Positions 57,300 to 64,000 of a stretch of DNA of 64,000 nt are shown one piece after another. Each line of letters opens with the position of its first letter. The stretch's first letter is position 1. Under the pieces are notes generated by a model. That model made no database searches. It was not told where the DNA came from and saw only the letters and a list, made by a program, of their open reading frames with translations. The DNA is from Eledone cirrhosa (taxonomy: Eukaryota): assembly GCA_964016885.1 (NCBI GenBank), contig OZ024741.1, positions 84,196,001 to 84,260,000 on the forward strand, given 5' to 3'. The translations under genes and the position numbers were made by a program.

Positions 57300-59400
57300 T
57301 GGGGGAAATGAAATGTTTACCACCGATTACATTCCTTTGAATCCATCAACAACTATCAATTTTTGTTAGCATTAAGTTCTCAAAGCAGCAAAATTGTTTC
57401 GCACGATACAATTGAGAGCATAACTCTAAAGTGCTGGATCCATCAACAGAAAAACAAATCTATGTACCGGTACGGTGAGTGTGCGACAAAACAAACAATA
57501 CAGATAGATGGACGAAAGAAAATAAAGCGAAGGAAAATAATAGGAAATTGGAAACCAAGCCGCGGTGTTTGTCCTAAATAGAAAGCCAATCACAGCCACA
57601 ACAAAGTAAAAAAAAATAACAACGCTACCTCCAATCGAGACAATGCGAGAACGCATCTAAGTACATATAACAATGAGAAAATTCACCACCCCAGAGCAGC
57701 CTTCAAAACAGTCAAATGCCGCCAAAAACTGCGATGAGCAAAAATGTCCCAGAGGACAGGGACCAGCGGCCAGCAGCAAACAGAGAGACAATCGACAAGG
57801 TGGGCTACAGATGAAACACAGAAAAGACTGAAAGAAGAAGGCAACAACGAGAAGTATGCCGGTGCTGTGTTTCATCTACTTGTTTCCCACCTTGAGGATT
57901 GTCTTCCCAAAAAGCAACTCCACCAACTATGGAGGTCGAACCACCTGACCTCCAGAAGCCCCTCTAAGCTACGTAAGTCTGTCTTCTTTACCTTTACCTG
58001 CCAACATGGCCTTCCTAAGAATAGGATGTTTAGTGTTCATGGCCCGGGGTCGTCCTGGTGTAGGTCGCTTACTAAACGATCTCCGGTAACTAAATATGGA
58101 TGTGATTGCCATCAGCGAGACCAGGATTTCCAATACGCTCTATCCCCCATTTTCGACCACTATCATATCTTCGCATCTCTTAGTCGGGCGGAAATGGCGG
58201 ATGATGTGCAGTGCTGTTTAGGAAAGGCCTGGATCTCGAGGTAAGATGGATCATCTGAGACACGGATGGTAAGTTGGTGGTCCAGGACGTAAGCAATAGC
58301 GTAGGTGCTGCTTTACGACTGGTGGCCGTCTACACACCGACCGGGGCCGTACAGCCGGAATTTTGTAGATGACTGGAAGCCCTTCTCAGAACGTTTCGCC
58401 CATTGATGTTAGCAGGGGCTTGGATCGGCATCTTAGACAAACAATGGGATGGTGTGGGTGCAACACATAGAAGCGGGGGTGGAAATACGTAAAGTACGTC
58501 ATAGTCTGTTTGACAGAGATGCAGTCCTGGCTCAAGAAGAGACAGACACTGGGTTTCTGGCATCTGGAACGTTGCTGGACTCCCACCTCTCTCTACCAGG
58601 CGGACAATGCGGTCAATGGAACTTCCATTCTCGAGTTCTCTATAGAATTATGGGTGGGCAAGTGTGTCGACTCACTCAGAGAGGCTCTGCTCGTCGACAA
58701 AGTCGAACTGACCAGTCTGTTCCAGAAGACATTCGAGGCGGAGACTATGGATAACTTCCAGATATTCCTCGCTTGACAGTGCTATCGGCTAGAGATACAC
58801 TCTACAGGCACGGTAGTGTTGTCAGTGAATTACAGTGTCTGTTAATTACGGCCTTGTGGATTTATGTCGAACAGCTGCTGTAGCTTGTAGGATGGTGAAG
58901 ATCGCCATAGTGAAGATCGCCTCCACCGCCTTTCTTAGGACGGGAAGGGCACGCAGTTTTCCTTTATCTGATGAGGAAAGTGAAAGTGGTTGTATGGGCG
59001 GACCAGTGTGAAAATATTGAAGAGAAGCACTTTTCTCTTAGGTCAATCCCTCATCAACCTTTTCAAGTTTCATTTGGAAAGGAAGATTAGTGCCGAGAGA
59101 GAAGTGCTGCCGCCAAGTACATCTGCTAAAAGGTGGGTGAATATGGCGAGAATAGCCCGTGTGGATGCGTCTATTCTGAGCATGAGCCTGTAGATTGGCT
59201 GATTTGAGGGGGAGAGGGATGCTCTTCTCTTGTGCTCTCGAAGTGTCGGGTAGTTTAGGATTGGTAGAGCATCTGAGACGCCCTATTGAGGAATATAATT
59301 TGCTATCATTTATATTGTTATTTTATTACTGTTTTCTTCGATTTGCACTTGATTTGATTGTAGACCCCTACTGCCCCTGTCTTTGTATTGTCCCCATTCA
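57300..59400 (+). mobile_element. Internally deleted, decayed Tx1/L1-group LINE
   Basis: Endonuclease traces DVIAISETR and LRLVAVYTP at 58100-58340; 58740-59400 resembles 53240-52520 inverted; the RT core is missing; 5' boundary uncertain. Confidence 0.65.
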
Positions 59401-62400
59401 TGGGCGATACCGACTGTGAGGAAAAGTCTGTTAGAGGGCTAACTGCCCAGCTGTCATTAGTACTCATTTGAAACCGATGAAACTGGAGCTACGTGAAAAG
59501 CTGTGCATTGCTCGTAGAAAACACGTCACTACTTACTGTTCCGAATGTCGGAGACTCCTCTGAATCTTGAGATATGTAATAATTATTTGGTGAGGAATGC
59601 GTCCCTAGATCCCAGTTCTTTTGGCCAACGAAAATCACATCTTATAGTCACTGGTTGGATACAATTGATAGAGTCAATATACATGTATGTAAAGGTTTTC
59701 GCCTTTTTGACTTCATCAACATTTTAAAGTCTATTCAGGTCTACTTGATTAGTTGACAACATTTTTCATCACTATTACAAATGTGAAGACGTTTCCATTC
59801 AATAATCACAACCCAACAAGCCCATGTTCCCGATTATGTTCCAATCATTACACTCAAAATATACGCCAGCGAACTAGAAAAGTTGGGAGGTATCTCTAAT
59901 GTGCTATATTCACTTCAAAAAATGTTGATACTTTAAAGAAAAACTATAAAATAAGCATTGATTTATATCGACAAAGGAGATACAATGTCTCGTGCATTGT
60001 AGATTAGAATTGGATGACAGTTTGAAGTTACTGTCCACAATAGAGAAAATAACACGAGAAAATATTTAATCAATACAGAAACTATATTGATTAAATGTTT
60101 TTTCGCGTTATTTTAAGAAAAAAGAAAATAAGTAGTAATAGCAAGACAAATAATGGATAATATTTTGTACACAAGATTTTTCCAAGTTTTTAAAGTATTA
60201 TATAATTTTAGGAACTCATTAATTGCGATGTAATTCATCTTCAGAGAATAGCATTCGAAGGAAAGCAATATTATATAATTGTTCCATAGAGATTCTATAT
60301 ATGTAATGACTGTCTAAATACACAGAATGGCAAGTATATGAGCACATTGTGAACAATCAAGCAAATAATAACAGTCTTTCATAGGAAATAAAATCTCATT
60401 CAAGTCCATTTTAGAGTATTGTAAATTTAATTGGCTATGTGTTCATTTCGTGAAATCACTTATCCACCTAACTTTGTGCATTTGCAGTAAGTAATGATAA
60501 CATTATATTTCATCTGTTAAAGGCCTCAGCTATAATTACAATGTCAACGAAAGGAAAGACAGCAAATATAAATTATCTACTAGAGCGCATTAATAACTAA
60601 TAATACCAGTTTCGGGTGATTCTGGCTGCTAAAGTAAGACATTGAAAATGTTCCTTTATATAACATGCCATTTGATAAGACAAGGCTATAATAAAGGGCG
60701 GTGAACAACCACACAAATACATCTCAACATAAAGTAGCATTTATTTGAATAATGCCCGGAAAATCTCTCAGTGATTTCAAATTCTAACAACCACAGTTCA
60801 GATTCTGCTGCTTCTACGTTTGTTATTGTTTTTCTGCTATGTTAGCTTTTGTCAAGAAAGCGTATGATCAAAGGTAATCCACTGCAAACCTCCCAACTTA
60901 CTCCATACATCTAACACTACATCATACAGAATGTATTGCTTTTAAGATGATAACGTATAAGGCTAGAGAGATTTTGCCTTTATGTGCGAATCAACTTGTC
61001 GTGTTGTGCAATGTGCTTGATATATCAATATAACAGAGCTACTACCACAGTCACCAGGAATGATTAAAAGCAGTAGAATTGCATTAAAGTTTGTATTAAT
61101 AAATGCTATCTTCCTTGTGAAGGAGACTTCAACTATAGTTCTTAAGAATTATATTGACTTCCTTCTGTTTAATCTTCAATGTAAACCTCGGCAAAACGTA
61201 TAGCTTAAAGAAACAAATCAGAATATTGAAATTGTCAGCTGCGCTTCAAGTGCTCAGGTTTTCATAACAAGCATCACTCACAATCGAGTGTATCTCATAG
61301 TTAAATATACAAACATTTGTTTGGTAATTGAAAGGACATTTAGAGGGGAAATATTTTCCACGTTTAAATGTAACAACTGATTCACCTATGTGGATTTAGA
61401 ATGTTTTGATATTGTAATAATCATGTAAATACAGTATAATGCAGTAGGTGTGAGATAGGTAAGTGTATCAGCAATTAAAATGTCACAGCATGGATTTTGA
61501 GTTCAAATTTATTGTGTTTGGTTGTTCTTCAACGTAGAACCCTTCCTACTGTATTATTTCAGTCCATTTCATTCTAAAATGCCGAATAGCCAACGTTACT
61601 AGTGCGTTGGATAAATAAACCTTGTATGTATTCCAGCACTGTGTAACATGAGTTTAAAACTCATCATTCTCAACATTTTGTAATAACTTTAGTCATGTAT
61701 TCGAGTCATTTGCCTGTCTGTTGTTCTCTACACCTGTCCTGGAAACATTTTTATGTTATTGTATATAAGAGGCTGACAAGCTGTATTTTTCAATATCTCT
61801 TCCTACGACTCTGTCAAGCAACATGGACGTTACCACGAACTATCCGAGATTTATGGTGCAATACCATTAGTACAATTCCATTTCCATCACACTCGTTATG
61901 CTGTTGGAGGGAATCGTAGTATTCAGGTATAATTAGGATTACTCATTTAAAGGCGTTTGCCCTATCCATAAGGAACATTTTTTGGGGGGGGCACACTCTC
62001 CAGTTTGTGTATCACTTCTTTACCCTCATATCGATGTCCAGTACCAGCTATATATTGGACTTGGATAGTGGGTCTAGCAACAATATACAATATCACACTT
62101 CAACTTAAAGATATATGTACTGTCGTCCTCGACTGGCACATCCCTCCTTAATGATGATGCTCTTAATTTGCGTTTTGACCCAACGGTAATCCACTTTATA
62201 CTGGTTACACTCTAAAACCTCCGAGGAATTGATTAGAGAATATCAGATATGTATATATTTTTCAAACATACCAGATACGGGAAACTAAAAATACTTGTAT
62301 TTAATGCATCACAAAACTAGATAGAACAACCATATGCTATGTCGTCACCAACATTCCAATATTCCTAACGCAAAATTATACGAAGTATTTTGATGAACAT

Positions 62401-63722
62401 CCCATTGCTAAATAATATGAAAGCAATTAATGATACACAACCCCAATATAATTCCTAATATTAGATGTCCAGCCACAGATGAATATTATACAACCAAATT
62501 TTTCAGTGAACGCATGAAAGATGCTATCACGGTAGAAAATGTATGTGGTACCGAACAGATGATTATTTAAAATGTGATATTTAGAATGTCCTCTGAACAC
62601 ATCAATTTAGTTTGTAATAGAAATGTCCGAAAAATGGATTGGAACAGATGATTAAGTTGGGTTGATTAGAAAATGACAAATATATTTTGCAGTAAAGGTG
62701 CAAACACAGATCCAATAGAGGGCTTTTCAAAAACATGTTCGATTAAATAAGCATAGAAATTAAAAAAGAAAATGCTGAGGTCAACATGATAACTAACTCC
62801 GTTCAAGAAAGGGCGCATAATGGTGGCAGTTTAATGAGTGAAACATTAAATGGGATACTAGAATATATTAAAATATAGTGAATATATTGGCTTCTCATTT
62901 TGATTAGAAGCAATGTTTTGCTTTCTGCTCATGATTAGCAAACTATATGATATATTTGTATGAAGTGTAAAAGGGAAAACATGGCGGCACAAGTGTGAAA
63001 GCTAGATGCTGAGAAATACGGGCAGCCCGATAAGAGAGTCGAAGTGTAAATTTGCCCCCAAGAAATCGTAAGTTGTGAAAGCAGAAGACCTCACATGTAT
63101 CGGGTGAATTATGACAGATACACCAGTTCTGTTTGGGATATTAAATAAGATAAGATTATATATCATTTCTGAAACAATATTTAGAGTTAATGATGCCTTT
63201 TGCTCATGGGCGTCATTGGAAACAGATCAAATATCACAATGCTGCGTCACACAAATGAGATGCTTAAGGATGAAGGTGAGTGGAAAATCTTATATTACAC
63301 ACTGATGAAAACTGTAGAGTGAGAAATCAGTACGTCACTCTTGCTGATGATAATGACACAATTAAATCCGCAATTAATAAAATATTTCCCTTTTATTCTT
63401 TATATTATCAGAGATGAGAGGTTTTAAAAATAGTTTTGGATTTTATTGTTTTCCTCGTATTTAATGTTTAGATGGCATTTACATCAACAATATGTAGCTT
63501 GTCGAAAACAGTAAACTGAATTTGATTGACAAATATTCAAAATTTAAATTACTCAAAATGTTGTCATAATCAACTTCAACATTTTAGCTTTGATTCACAT
63601 CTGATTACATGACACCTTGCTGAAAAAAGCGTGTTTGTCTTACAAAAACAATATTGCAATCATGAAATATGTAAGAATACATTTCTTTGTTATGGACAAA
63701 CGTCCTATGACTGACAGCTCTG

Positions 63723-63869
<147 letters not shown>

Positions 63870-64000
63870 GGAGATAAATTTGAATTATCTACGTATATTA
63901 TATTAAGCTGAGGCAATAATAAATTTCTGTTGTTTCCTTTATTGGCAACTGTTTTATCATTGTCATGTCTGTAAACTGGATAGTTATATTAGTAACTTCT

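Noticed and set aside
61690-62200. Possible old LINE 3' fragment
   Set aside because: Only vague resemblance; no diagnostic motif.

Overview
Eukaryotic, AT-rich, repeat-saturated DNA with no recognisable host gene. The SINE and (TA)n content suggest a cephalopod or other mollusc (inference only). The many Tyr/Ile ORFs are (TA)n artefacts. Recognisable elements: a young, nearly intact Penelope-like element (PLE; RT plus C-terminal GIY-YIG, Naiad-like cysteine pattern, 33.6-39.1 kb), a decayed PLE of a second type (13.8-16.75 kb), a CR1-group LINE, two Tx1/L1-group LINEs, RTE-derived bipartite elements, a hAT transposase remnant, two Helitron-like elements, a TA-flanked MITE and five tRNA-derived SINE copies. 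Main discovery: more than a dozen insertions in (TA)n tracts, from about 7 sequence families and mostly carrying hammerhead ribozyme (HHR) motifs, share one architecture. Each has two oppositely oriented arms, one ending at a fixed internal site and the other 57-105 nt further on (a tail). In five families the tail begins with an RCTC-loop-GAGY hairpin a few nt from the short-arm endpoint. In the autonomous PLE this motif is duplicated, with compensatory changes, next to each of the two endpoints. This suggests motif-directed twin initiation of reverse transcription downstream of the ribozyme. All alignments and folds were done by eye.
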